Shown in pieces: positions 26,804 through 36,600 of a DNA stretch of 64,000 bases. The notes beneath the pieces were generated by a model. It saw only the letters and a list, made by a program, of their open reading frames with translations, was not told the DNA's origin and searched no databases. The stretch comes from Nitrososphaera sp. (GTDB lineage: Archaea; Thermoproteota; Nitrososphaeria; Nitrososphaerales; Nitrososphaeraceae): contig QCWB01000001.1 in NCBI GenBank assembly GCA_013114715.1, positions 6,648 through 70,647 of the forward strand. The letters run 5' to 3'. Each line of letters opens with the position of its first letter. Position 1 is the stretch's first letter. The position numbers and the translations under genes were made by a program.

Positions 26804-28108
26804 GTGTATTTCGTACTACCTACGGCCACAGTCAAGGCGTCGGAGGCCCAGTTCAATGCTGCAAGGCTGGCCACGGTTTACGGCTTTTCCTATCTGCGAG
26901 GTTATCTAAATGCTCTTCGTGACTCAAGCCAAGATGGCCGCAACATGTACACAAAATGGCTGTACCATGTAGACAAGGAGCTCGAGGTTGTGCTCAGGAG
27001 CAAGGACTTTGCGTCCATCCTTTCAGATTATGTCAATACAATGATAGACCTGCGCAGGATATTCCGAGAAGCAGGCTATCCCGTTGACTACATGGATCAG
27101 ATGTTTGATACCTGCGTGCGCAACATGATGGCCTTGGCAAATTTGCCGGATGGATTTAAGCTGACTCCTTCTGACATAGTCCTTACAAACGGCAATACGC
27201 GTCTTTTACACTACAAAGTAGACGCACAGAAAAAAGGCGCACCTCTGCTCGTGATATACGCCCCCATAAACAGATACCACATACTCGATATTGCGCCGGA
27301 CAAGAGCGTGGTCAGAAAGCTTGCCTCAAGCGGACTTGACACCTACCTGCTCGACTGGGGTCATCCTGGACCTAAGGAAGACAACCAGTCACTCAAAGAC
27401 TATGTCAGCTATGTGGAGGCGGCCGTAGACTTTATCAAAAAGTCTTCAGGCTCAGACAAAGTCTCGATTCTTGGATATTGCTGGGGCGGGATAATTGCCT
27501 CGGTCTACTCTGCGCTCAATGCAGACAAGGTAAACAGGCTAGCGCTCATGGCAGTTCCGGTGGACACCGACAAGGATGAGAGCATACTTTCCATCTGGGC
27601 AGAGTCTCTTGACTCTGACAGGATAGCAGCAGAGTTTGGCCACATGGATGGCCAGATACTTGACCTTGGATTCATAATGCGCAATCCGCCTAGATTCGCT
27701 CTGGACAAGTACGTCAAGTTGCTTGAAAAGATGGGCGACAAGAACTTTGTAGAGATGTTTGTGGCAGTAGAACGATGGCTGTACAACACGCCACAAATTC
27801 CTGGAAACCTGTACAAAGATATCATAAACGGCTGCTACAAGGAAAACGCTCTCTTCAAGAACAAGATGGTCCTTGACGGCAAGACGGTAGACCTGTCAAA
27901 GATTGACATGCCGGTGCTTGCCATCACGGCAGAGCACGACGACTTGGCATCGCCTTCGTCTACACTTGCAATATTTGATGTTGTGTCAAGCAAGGACAAG
28001 AATTCCATGAGCATGCCCGGCGGACACGTCGGGTTGTGTGTGGGTGGAAGCTCCCACAAGAAGTTATGGCCCGAAGTCGCAAAATGGTTTGCAGGCCCGC
28101 AAGTCTAA
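26804..28108 (+). CDS. phaC: Class III polyhydroxyalkanoate synthase with PhaE-like N-terminal extension
   Basis: INRYHILD, LLDWG, GYCWGG (catalytic Cys), EHDDL (Asp), GGHVG (His). Confidence 0.9.
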   Translation: MYFVLPTATVKASEAQFNAARLATVYGFSYLRGYLNALRDSSQDGRNMYTKWLYHVDKELEVVLRSKDFASILSDYVNTMIDLRRIFREAGYPVDYMDQMFDTCVRNMMALANLPDGFKLTPSDIVLTNGNTRLLHYKVDAQKKGAPLLVIYAPINRYHILDIAPDKSVVRKLASSGLDTYLLDWGHPGPKEDNQSLKDYVSYVEAAVDFIKKSSGSDKVSILGYCWGGIIASVYSALNADKVNRLALMAVPVDTDKDESILSIWAESLDSDRIAAEFGHMDGQILDLGFIMRNPPRFALDKYVKLLEKMGDKNFVEMFVAVERWLYNTPQIPGNLYKDIINGCYKENALFKNKMVLDGKTVDLSKIDMPVLAITAEHDDLASPSSTLAIFDVVSSKDKNSMSMPGGHVGLCVGGSSHKKLWPEVAKWFAGPQV

Positions 28109-28135
28109 GCAGTCTTTTGGGTACCTTGTCGTCGG

Positions 28136-28999
28136 TTGAAAAAAAGTTTAGCCAATATTAACAACAAGGCAATCAATAATAGGCAGCATAAAAAAACTTC
28201 CGCTGTGAAAAAAGCCGTCTTGGAGAATCTGCTGGACAAAAACTATGCAAGCGTATCAAAAAAGATAGAACGATTCATTTCAAGCTATATCTCTAAAAGC
28301 CTGGCGGCCGGCGTTGCAGTCGGCCTTTCTGGCGGCCTTGATTCTTCTGTAGTCCTGAAGCTAAGCGTAAATGCCCTGGGGCCAGAAAAAGTAGCTGGCT
28401 TTATTCTGCCTAGCAGCACGACACCAGAACAAGACGTTAAAGACGCAGTCAGCCTGGCAGAGTCGCTGAAAATAGACTATAAAATAATAGACGCAAGCCC
28501 GATAATCAGCAAATACCTGGAGGTCTTGTCAGGCTCTACAGACAAGATCCGAGGTAATCTGGTTGCGCGAATAAGGATGAGCATCCTGTATCATGAAGCA
28601 GCAATCAAGAACTATCTGGTCGCCGGAACCAGCGACAAGAGCGAATTTTTGATAGGATACTTTACAAAGTTTGGCGACGGCGGTTCTGACCTGCTACCTA
28701 TTGCAGGTCTGTACAAGACGCAGGTGCGCGCCCTTGCCACGTATCTGGGCATACCGGAGGGGATCGTTAAAAAGAAGAGCAGCCCTGCCTTGTGGAAGGG
28801 TCAGCTCGCAGAAAAAGAGCTGGGTATGGAATACGAAATCATCGATCCGATACTTGTTCTACTTGTCAGAAAACTGACCGCAAGGCAAGCTGCAAAAAAG
28901 CTGCAGCTGCCGATAAAAGACGTAATCAGGGTTCAGGCAATGATAAAGGCCAGCGCGCACAAGAGAAAGATCGCACAAGCAGCTAACATCGAGAAATGA
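28136..28999 (+). CDS. nadE: NH3-dependent NAD+ synthetase
   Basis: GLSGGLDS, GNLVARIRM, GYFTKFGDGG, LYKTQV; true start probably GTG ~28205. Confidence 0.95.
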   Translation: MKKSLANINNKAINNRQHKKTSAVKKAVLENLLDKNYASVSKKIERFISSYISKSLAAGVAVGLSGGLDSSVVLKLSVNALGPEKVAGFILPSSTTPEQDVKDAVSLAESLKIDYKIIDASPIISKYLEVLSGSTDKIRGNLVARIRMSILYHEAAIKNYLVAGTSDKSEFLIGYFTKFGDGGSDLLPIAGLYKTQVRALATYLGIPEGIVKKKSSPALWKGQLAEKELGMEYEIIDPILVLLVRKLTARQAAKKLQLPIKDVIRVQAMIKASAHKRKIAQAANIEK

Positions 29000-29241
29000 T
29001 TTCCAGATGCTGTTAACAAAATGACGATATTGCTAAACATGGTTTCTTACAATTTGATGCTATTGTCAGTCGTCAGACCAAAGGCATTTCCATACCCGTC
29101 CATCATTTGTAGCAGATTTATTGCAACCTAGGACAAGTCTCAAATTACCGACCAGCCTCAAATAAAACTAGAACAATTTCTGCCTGATAGCAGTTGGAGA
29201 AAAAGACGCCAACCATGCGATGCAGATATAGTCGAGTGCCA

Positions 29242-29469
29242 TTATTTCTTTCTGTATTGTTTCAGATCCTGAAATGAAATGGACAGGGAAACCTCAGCTC
29301 CATCGAACCCCTCCACCTTCGACTTTGGAATTTCGTATTCTGCAGTAGGCCCAAGTTCTAGGATTATCGTGTCTTCCTCGATGTCAATGACGTTTCCTGC
29401 ATCTGCACGGTCGCTTGTCCTCGCGTTTTTATGAATTATTGACTCCCAATTTTCGACCGACATAGTCAC
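29242..29469 (-). CDS. Small PRC-barrel-like hypothetical protein
   Basis: W..IIHK.ART.D..D.GNV...Y.IPKSKVEGFDG. Confidence 0.6.
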   Translation of the reverse strand: MTMSVENWESIIHKNARTSDRADAGNVIDIEEDTIILELGPTAEYEIPKSKVEGFDGAEVSLSISFQDLKQYRKK

Positions 29470-29586
29470 TCAACAGTTCTCCTATCTTGTATTTAAGACA
29501 GACGGACCTAGGGTAACTCACTTCATTAAGTACATTCGTCGAATGTACCATATTCTCCTTATTCACAAAACGGCATTAATGCTATT

Positions 29587-30108
29587 ATGCAAAACCATGT
29601 CAAATTTGCAATCGCAATACCTGTATTTGCGGCGGTGTTGATGGGAGCCGTCTCTATTTTTCCAGCAACACAGCAGCAGGCACAGGCACAGCATAGCGAC
29701 CACACAGCTATGGCATCAACTGCATCTTCAGGCCATTCAGGCGGCGCGACTGTCATGATCCATGTCACAAGCGGCGTGCCAACCGATAGCCACCAGGTAC
29801 ATTCCGCAACAATGGGGGTAGAGCACGCAATAGCTTTGCAGAACTCTGGCAAGAATGTCGTAATACTTCTTGACGTAGACGGAGTGAGAATCGCTGCGCA
29901 AGAACCAGCCAACGAGCTCGCTGCAATCAACGAAGAACTAAAGGTCTTCCTTGAAGATGGCGGAAGAGTCATTGCATGCGACCATTGTGTAATGATGGCA
30001 GGCCTGGCACCAGAAGACATACTTCCAGGAGTAGAGTTTGACTCCCATCCATTCATGCCAAGGATGCAGAAAGTCTTGGATGAAGCGTCTGTGGTGTTGG
30101 ACTACTAG
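29587..30108 (+). CDS. Exported DsrE-like protein
   Basis: Signal peptide; LLDVDGV, GGRVIACDHC. Confidence 0.75.
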   Translation: MQNHVKFAIAIPVFAAVLMGAVSIFPATQQQAQAQHSDHTAMASTASSGHSGGATVMIHVTSGVPTDSHQVHSATMGVEHAIALQNSGKNVVILLDVDGVRIAAQEPANELAAINEELKVFLEDGGRVIACDHCVMMAGLAPEDILPGVEFDSHPFMPRMQKVLDEASVVLDY

Positions 30109-30488
30109 CACCTTTTCTTCTTTTTTAAATAAATCCCTACTTACCTTTTCAGGCTTTCGGGCCGGGTGTGTCTCAGTAAATCAATAAATGCAAACGGTCT
30201 AAAAAGAAATGTGGTACATTCGTGGAATAAACCAGCTGTCTAATGAAGTCTGCCAACTTGAATCAAATGTTATTCGCCGAATATGCCACAATGGCTTTAA
30301 TGCATAAATCCGATTAAGGGCGTGATGATAAAATAAACTTGGACATTTCTGCAACCAGAAACTTTTCGCTACATACATGGGAAATCCATTGCTGGATTGA
30401 TAGCCCTTGACACACATTGCCAACTGGCGAAATTAATGGAGCGTGATGTAAAAGAGATAGGCCGATAGATTCCTAAACATGCAAGTCT

Positions 30489-30558
30489 TGTTGACTGACT
30501 GGAAACCCCGATAGCTGATCCGGACAATAAGCTACGGGACCACACCATCGGCTCAACA
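30489..30558 (-). ncRNA. Candidate structured RNA hairpin, copy 2
   Basis: Minus strand TGTTGA..GATGGTGTGGTCCCGTAGCT..AGCTATCGGGGTTTCCAGTCAG TCAACA; same core as 2632-2711. Confidence 0.5.
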
Positions 30559-30571
30559 GAATTTTTTAATA

Positions 30572-31393
30572 TCACTTTCCGTACCTGCGCATCCTGCGCT
30601 GGTAGGTCCTTATCGCGCGCATCAGGTCTATCTTGCGGAATTCTGGCCAAAAGACATCCATGAACATCAGCTCGCTGTACGCGCTCTGCCATATCAGAAA
30701 GCCGCTGAGCCTTTTTTCGCCAGAAGTTCGAAGTATCAGATCCGGCGAAGACTGCGGCAGATGCGACGTGTAAAGGCATGACTCTATAACTTTTTCATCG
30801 ATGTCGTCGATCTCTATATCCCCACGCTTGGCCATCGACGCGACTTTTTTTACGGCGTCTACAAGCTCCTTCTGTCCGCCATAAGCTATAGCAATGTTCA
30901 GGAACATCGAATTGTATTGCGACGTGGCTTCTTCCAGCCTTCCAAGAATCTCTTGCAGCTTTCTTGGCAGCTTGTGCCTGTCGCCTATGGCCACTATTTT
31001 CATCTGCCTTCTGTGTATTCTGTCGTCGTTGTACAACCTTTCCAGCTTGATCTCCAAAAGCCGGTAAATGTTCTCAAGCTCTTCGTCCTTTCTTTCAAGG
31101 TTCTCCGTCGAAAGTATGTACAGAGTTGTTATCCTTATCCCAAGATCGTGGATCCAGTTGAGCAACTCCTCGGCCTTGTCTGCACCTAGACGATGGCCTT
31201 TTTCAGTGTCCAGAAAATTATATCGCGCCCATCTCCTGTTGCCGTCAAGGATTATGGCAATGTGGTTTGGCAGCTGGGCTTTAGTAATTTTGGATTCAAG
31301 CCTGCGCTCATAAACAGAATAGATGCCGCTAGCCTGAAGCAAGGTTTCCATCAGGGCCTTGCCGCCTCTATCAAAGTCTTTGCTAAGACCCAT
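30572..31393 (-). CDS. uppS: cis-prenyl (polyprenyl) diphosphate synthase
   Basis: HIAIILDGNRRWA, STENL.R, YGG..E, PDLILRTSGEKRLSGFL.WQ..YSEL. Confidence 0.96.
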   Translation of the reverse strand: MGLSKDFDRGGKALMETLLQASGIYSVYERRLESKITKAQLPNHIAIILDGNRRWARYNFLDTEKGHRLGADKAEELLNWIHDLGIRITTLYILSTENLERKDEELENIYRLLEIKLERLYNDDRIHRRQMKIVAIGDRHKLPRKLQEILGRLEEATSQYNSMFLNIAIAYGGQKELVDAVKKVASMAKRGDIEIDDIDEKVIESCLYTSHLPQSSPDLILRTSGEKRLSGFLIWQSAYSELMFMDVFWPEFRKIDLMRAIRTYQRRMRRYGK

Positions 31394-31432
31394 TGCCTGA
31401 TATTGATAGATTTGTACGGTATTTCAACATAC

Positions 31433-32233
31433 TCAAAAGGTCAGGAAGACTTCTTCAACGGGCTCTCTTACTCCCATGGCCCTAATAGATTTTTCAAACT
31501 CTCGCTTGCCGTCTGAAACTAGGATCTGCAGTTTGCCGCTGCCGCTCTTTTTGGCCATCCTGTTAAATGACAGGAATTTTCTGACGTCCTTGGCCACTGT
31601 CTGAGCAGGGTCGACAAACCTGACTGTTGGCAGCAGAGAGTTGAGGTACCCCTTCACAAACGGCAGGTGCGTGCTTGAAAGAGTCATTACGTCTATCTTT
31701 TCGTCAACACCGTCTCCAAGAACCCTAGAAATAACGTCAAAAGTGCGCCGCTCATCATCCAGATGGACTCCGTTTTCTATCAGCTCTATGATAGGCGACG
31801 CGTTGAACTTGGTCACCAAGATATGCTGCGGAACCTCTCTTCTTATCTGGTTTTCAAGCTCTCTGCTGTTGACCATGTTCTGGGTAGTCAGTATGCCTAT
31901 GTGCTTTCTTTTTGTCAGCCGCGCCGCTTCTTTTAGCGGCGGCCTGACACCAATAATCGGAACGTCTGTTATCACCTTTCTTACGTCGTCTAGGATCTGC
32001 ACCGAAGGCGTGTTTGACGCCACAAGCACGAGTTTTGGCTTGTACCTCTTCAGGTATCTGATGGTGTTTACAATCACGTCTAAAAGCTGCTGATGCGATT
32101 TTGTGCCGTAGGGGAAATGTACCCTGTCTGCAAAGTACAGCAGGTCTTCTGCCTGAACCTCGCGTTTTAGCTCGCGTATTATCGAAAGCGAGCCAATCCC
32201 TGAATCAAATACGGCAATCGGGTTGCCTGTCAA
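31433..32233 (-). CDS. murI: Glutamate racemase homologue (catalytic Cys replaced by Ser)
   Basis: FDSGIG.LS, D..FPYG.KS; ASNT and SSTH in place of ACNT and GCTH. Confidence 0.85.
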   Translation of the reverse strand: MTGNPIAVFDSGIGSLSIIRELKREVQAEDLLYFADRVHFPYGTKSHQQLLDVIVNTIRYLKRYKPKLVLVASNTPSVQILDDVRKVITDVPIIGVRPPLKEAARLTKRKHIGILTTQNMVNSRELENQIRREVPQHILVTKFNASPIIELIENGVHLDDERRTFDVISRVLGDGVDEKIDVMTLSSTHLPFVKGYLNSLLPTVRFVDPAQTVAKDVRKFLSFNRMAKKSGSGKLQILVSDGKREFEKSIRAMGVREPVEEVFLTF

Positions 32234-32396
32234 CCAGTCATCTTGTCAGATATTCAGGTATAAATGTAGACTTTGAGAATCCCCGGACCGTTCAAATACA
32301 AGATCCTGCATAATTAGTCCAGCCTAATTTCTTGAAAGTCAGGCATTGGCATCTACCACCAACCACCCAGCCGATACGGTTTGCCGGCTGGGCTGG

Positions 32397-32855
32397 TTAA
32401 CTTTTCTGTATCTGCTCAACAAGCGAGCCGGCTTTTACGTCAGATGCTTTCAAAAACTCGACGCCGTCTACAGGGGCATAGCCGGCAAGAACGTCAAACT
32501 TGTTGCTCTTTGTCAGGTCATGCCAGCCAAACTTGATAAACGTCCTGCCTCCGTACATCGCCTTGAATTTATGCATACTTGACAGGCTGGAAAACGACCG
32601 GTACAGGACATAGTTTATCTGGTCTGCGTTTGTCTGGACCGGATATGCAATGAATTCGTACTTGCTTGCATGCTCTACAAACACGACGTGGAAAAGCCGG
32701 GCCGACAGGCCGTCCATAACCCTGGACCATGAGCTCTCGGCGTTGTGCTTGAAATCAAATATGGGCGCCACGACGTTTTGCTTTTCATCTCCATAGTAGC
32801 CTATCCCCAGAAATTCGGAGAACCTGACAACAGGAACGGAAGAGTCTTCCTGCAA
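32397..32855 (-). CDS. Hypothetical protein
   Basis: 152-aa ORF, coding-like, tandem with neighbours. Confidence 0.65.
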   Translation of the reverse strand: MQEDSSVPVVRFSEFLGIGYYGDEKQNVVAPIFDFKHNAESSWSRVMDGLSARLFHVVFVEHASKYEFIAYPVQTNADQINYVLYRSFSSLSSMHKFKAMYGGRTFIKFGWHDLTKSNKFDVLAGYAPVDGVEFLKASDVKAGSLVEQIQKS

Positions 32856-32884
32856 GCAGGGCTGATAAACCCAAGCAGGCTATA

Positions 32885-33427
32885 TTATACTTGTTCTTTG
32901 AACCAAGTGTAGACAGCTATGAGCGGATGAAAATCCAGCTCCTGCGCACTTTTCTTGTTGTAGCCGACCATGACCATCCTGCCTGACAGGGCCGGCCGGA
33001 TGTCTGCAGTAAGCTCGGAATCCTTGAATGGGCCGTAAAGCTCAAAAAAATAATCCTGTTTGTGGTAGGCAATGTGCTGGGCAAAGCAGTCGACAAGTAT
33101 CACCGGGTCGCTTGACAACCGGCCAGCTTCGGTCTTTTTCTCTATCGCAAGCTGCAGCTGCCTGTTCTGGAACTTGCTTCTGATGTATTCGGAATCCAGC
33201 TTGCCAGCAGAGCTGTTGAGGTATATATCGATGTCCACCGCCGCCTGGCTTGCTGTCTTTTGCGCCAGGCCGGCTACCTGGTCAATCTCGGTCCCGACCC
33301 CTGAATTTTTGCCATACAGGTACATGATGCAGACCAGCTCGTCTTTATTGATGAACGGAAAGCCCTTCTTGCCGGCAAGAAAATCCGATACGCGCTGCGA
33401 AATATCGTCTGGAAGTATCATCGCCAT
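32885..33427 (-). CDS. Hypothetical protein
   Basis: Long ORF; ATG 33427 avoids overlap with the divergent gene. Confidence 0.7.
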   Translation of the reverse strand: MAMILPDDISQRVSDFLAGKKGFPFINKDELVCIMYLYGKNSGVGTEIDQVAGLAQKTASQAAVDIDIYLNSSAGKLDSEYIRSKFQNRQLQLAIEKKTEAGRLSSDPVILVDCFAQHIAYHKQDYFFELYGPFKDSELTADIRPALSGRMVMVGYNKKSAQELDFHPLIAVYTWFKEQV

Positions 33428-33502
33428 GTGCGAGTCTGCTACTATCAAGCAAAGGGCTGATGGATCAACACGTTTATAGTCCTTATTTGCCGATGGGACC
33501 GT

Positions 33503-33796
33503 ATGCAAGTAGACGCCTCAAAAAAAGTATACCTCATAGTCCACGGTCAGAGAAACCTGATAGACATGATGAAGGAAAAGCTGTCTGCAAATTTCAACAA
33601 GGAAAACATGCTGCCAGCTTCTCTGGACAAGGCCGGTGATATTGGAGACTATGTTGCAATGCTCTGGCCACCAATGGCGCCAACCAATATTGCCGTCAGC
33701 CAGGTTGTTGGCCCCGATGAGGAAGGCAAGAGCTTTGGCATGGGAGCCTGGTCTGCAGTAAAGCTAAAGGACGTAACTACGATATCGCTAAAATAG
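33503..33796 (+). CDS. Hypothetical protein
   Basis: 97-aa ORF followed by a T-tract. Confidence 0.65.
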   Translation: MQVDASKKVYLIVHGQRNLIDMMKEKLSANFNKENMLPASLDKAGDIGDYVAMLWPPMAPTNIAVSQVVGPDEEGKSFGMGAWSAVKLKDVTTISLK

Positions 33797-33883
33797 CTTG
33801 TTTTTTTGCGCGGCTATTAGTTGACCAGCAAGTTTACCGGATTATACACCCGAAATTAATAACGAATCCAAACAGCCTTTGCC

Positions 33884-34528
33884 ATGACTGGTTTCGATAA
33901 GAACTGGAGTAACCAGAGTAAGATGGCTGCCAGCGAAAAATTGAAAGAATCGCTGCACCCTCAAGGCCCGCTAAAACCAAGAATAGAGACTGCAGTGAAC
34001 AAACTTCAACTGCAGACATCAAAGTTAGATAGTCTCATAGCAAAAATGAACGAGAGAGACGCCTCGCTGTTTCGGCGCGTTGTCGACGCAATGCAAAGGC
34101 ACGACGCCGATGCCGCAAAGGTCCTCTCAAACGAGCTAGCAGAGGTGCGCAAGATATCAAGGACACTCTCACAGGCCAGGATGGCGCTAGAACAGGTATC
34201 CATGAGGCTTGGCACGATACACGACCTTGGCGATGCAATGGTAACCTTAGGTCCTGCAATGACCTCGATAAAGGGCCTGAAATCCAGCCTTGGGCGCTTT
34301 GTTCCAGGAGCAGACGCAGAGATAAACAACATGCAGAACCTGCTTAGCGGAATTATGATGGACTCTGTTCAGGGAAGTGGACTAGGCGTCGACGTGAATA
34401 CAGGCTACGGCGCCGAAATAGACCAGATAATGGTAGAAGCCTCGGCAGTGGCAGAACAGCGCGTCAACGAAAGGTTCCCGCATATTCCCTCATCCGGAAA
34501 CAGGGTGTCGGAAGGAAACCAGCAATAA
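33884..34528 (+). CDS. ESCRT-III / Snf7 (CdvB-like) protein
   Basis: Helical protein with ..SNELAEVRK..ALEQVSMRLGTIHDLGD..TLGPA. Confidence 0.9.
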   Translation: MTGFDKNWSNQSKMAASEKLKESLHPQGPLKPRIETAVNKLQLQTSKLDSLIAKMNERDASLFRRVVDAMQRHDADAAKVLSNELAEVRKISRTLSQARMALEQVSMRLGTIHDLGDAMVTLGPAMTSIKGLKSSLGRFVPGADAEINNMQNLLSGIMMDSVQGSGLGVDVNTGYGAEIDQIMVEASAVAEQRVNERFPHIPSSGNRVSEGNQQ

Positions 34529-34529
34529 G

Positions 34530-34754
34530 GTGATCATGATGGCATCGAGAATAGGCGTAATCGGAATATTCGCGGCAGTCGGATTTGCAATCGGATTCTT
34601 TGCATTCCTTGCATTCCCATCCGTGGCCAAGGTATTCGCAGATGTGTTACCCAATATAACAGTGGATCAAAGCATCATCTTTGCCACTCTCTGCGGGGCA
34701 ATCGGCGCAACCATAAGCACGGCAACCGTGACAGCCTGGGCAAGAAGGGCCTAA
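34530..34754 (+). CDS. Small two-helix membrane protein
   Basis: Two hydrophobic segments, starts 1 nt after the Snf7 stop. Confidence 0.7.
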   Translation: MIMMASRIGVIGIFAAVGFAIGFFAFLAFPSVAKVFADVLPNITVDQSIIFATLCGAIGATISTATVTAWARRA

Positions 34755-35188
34755 ACCCTCCTTTTTTAATTTATGAATTTTTTTATCAGCAAGTTACTCT
34801 TTACCGCAGTTAAGGTGGAATTGCCTTAATTTTGCTCTGTATCTCGGCTAAAGCATAGCAGCTGTCAGAACTTTCTACATGCAATAATTATGTAGTGTAA
34901 TGCAATATTTTTACCTAAATACGATTCATGCGCATAATTATGTGAGAAAATCGCTCCCCTCGAGCGTCCAATGCAACAAAAGCGGTGCATAATATGTTGC
35001 ACAGACGCGAAGATTCAAACTAGTCCCAAAAATCCACTGACGCTAAACTATTGCTTCAGCATCTATCAAGCAATACTAACAATTTTTCCGACTTTATTAT
35101 TTGTTATATGGTATATCTATCCCCCTACCACGTCGCTGTTTCTGTCTATTCTAGATGTTACTGCAACAAGAAAAGGGGTAGATGGCTA

Positions 35189-36541
35189 GTGGCTCAGGCA
35201 TTTGTACGGAGAAAAAGCCGCCTGAGGGTCAAAGGGCTGAAGGTCAAGGACAGGGAGAAGATCAAGGAAGCCATAGCGATCAGTGTCCAAAATGGCAATT
35301 ACACAACTAGAGAAATCGGCGTTGACATAGGCAAGGATCACAGTACCGTCTCACGCTATCTGGCAGAGATGGATAGAGAGGGTAAGTGGGGAATAAAGCG
35401 CGATGTCAATGGGAACATTGTAGTCTCATTACAAAAACAGCTGGCTCAGGACTACCGACAGCTGGAAAACGAACCGTTCAACCAGCTCCCGTCGATACAA
35501 AAGTGGATAACATTCCTAAAGTCAGGGGGAATTCCGCCAAGAAGGGTTCAGTACCTCATCAATGTGATGCATGGCATGTCTGACCAGCTAAAGGTGATGC
35601 CGGAGACAATCATAAGCTTTGGCGTACCTCTCGACTCTACAAAGCGCAAGGAAATAGCCATAGAATACTGGCGGAACTTTCTAGCATGGTTCAATACTGC
35701 ATATCCGCAAATGCAAAAGACCAACACCATCAACGCATACCGGAGCTTCCTTGCAGCCCACAACATCAACTTTGCGCATGGAGAAGGTAAACGCTATGGG
35801 TTATCAACGACGCCGGAAAGGTTAGGAGAATACAAGGACATCATGCTCATGCCGGAGCAGATAGACAGGATAAACAAATACCTTGAGAATGGGAGCGACT
35901 GGGAAGCATGGAGCTTCATGAACATTGACCTCCACACCGGAGCTAGAGCTTTTGCAATGGCATCCATGAGATGGGACAGGATTGCTTTCTCACCTTCGTT
36001 TAGAGTCGAGCAGTTTGAACCCAAGGTCAAGCGCGGAGACTGGTACCTCACAAAGGAGGGTAGATGGTGGATCAAGTATCCAACTGAAGAATGCAGGGCA
36101 GTTGTCGAGACTGCGCGTGATATGTTGTCAAAGGAAAAGAAATTCCTTTTCTTTGAAGATGCCAAGAGCGACAAGGCAAACGCGCTGCAAGCCTCTTACT
36201 TTATGTCAAAGATGGCTTTCAGATTCAAGAAGATATTCTCGGGGCTTGACAAAAGCAGCTGGATAAATGAAAAGACTAGAATCTATGCTTTAGGCGACGA
36301 GTTGTATTTTAACGGTCATCCGTTGCATCTGTTCAGACATACAATGGCTCAGTATTATCTCGCGGCCACTAATTGGTCATTAGCTTATGTGGCAAGTTTG
36401 GGCGGATGGGAGAACACGGAGGTTTTGAACAAGTGTTATGGTGGGATACCTGAACATATCAAAGCCCAAGTGGCAAAATCAATCCATGTTGGGTTTGATA
36501 CCCTCGATTTGAGCACCACGATTGAAGTGGGTCATTTCTAG
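35189..36541 (+). CDS. Tyrosine recombinase/integrase with N-terminal HTH
   Basis: HTGAR, HLFRHT, LGGW, KCY catalytic set; TREIGVDIGKDHSTVSRYL HTH; GTG 35189 preferred. Confidence 0.9.
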   Translation: MAQAFVRRKSRLRVKGLKVKDREKIKEAIAISVQNGNYTTREIGVDIGKDHSTVSRYLAEMDREGKWGIKRDVNGNIVVSLQKQLAQDYRQLENEPFNQLPSIQKWITFLKSGGIPPRRVQYLINVMHGMSDQLKVMPETIISFGVPLDSTKRKEIAIEYWRNFLAWFNTAYPQMQKTNTINAYRSFLAAHNINFAHGEGKRYGLSTTPERLGEYKDIMLMPEQIDRINKYLENGSDWEAWSFMNIDLHTGARAFAMASMRWDRIAFSPSFRVEQFEPKVKRGDWYLTKEGRWWIKYPTEECRAVVETARDMLSKEKKFLFFEDAKSDKANALQASYFMSKMAFRFKKIFSGLDKSSWINEKTRIYALGDELYFNGHPLHLFRHTMAQYYLAATNWSLAYVASLGGWENTEVLNKCYGGIPEHIKAQVAKSIHVGFDTLDLSTTIEVGHF

Positions 36542-36600
36542 ATTTATACGAATCTCTGCCGAGGCGAAATGCTTAACTTTATGATGAAGACTATGACTTT

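Noticed and set aside
30421-30445. ACTGGCGAAA..GGAGC resembling part of a ZTP (pfl) riboswitch
   Set aside because: No CGCCTGGG pseudoknot partner, and no purine or folate gene downstream
34929-34948. TGCGCATAA-TTATGT resembling bacterial dif arms
   Set aside because: The 6-bp spacer is missing; kept only as a palindromic box
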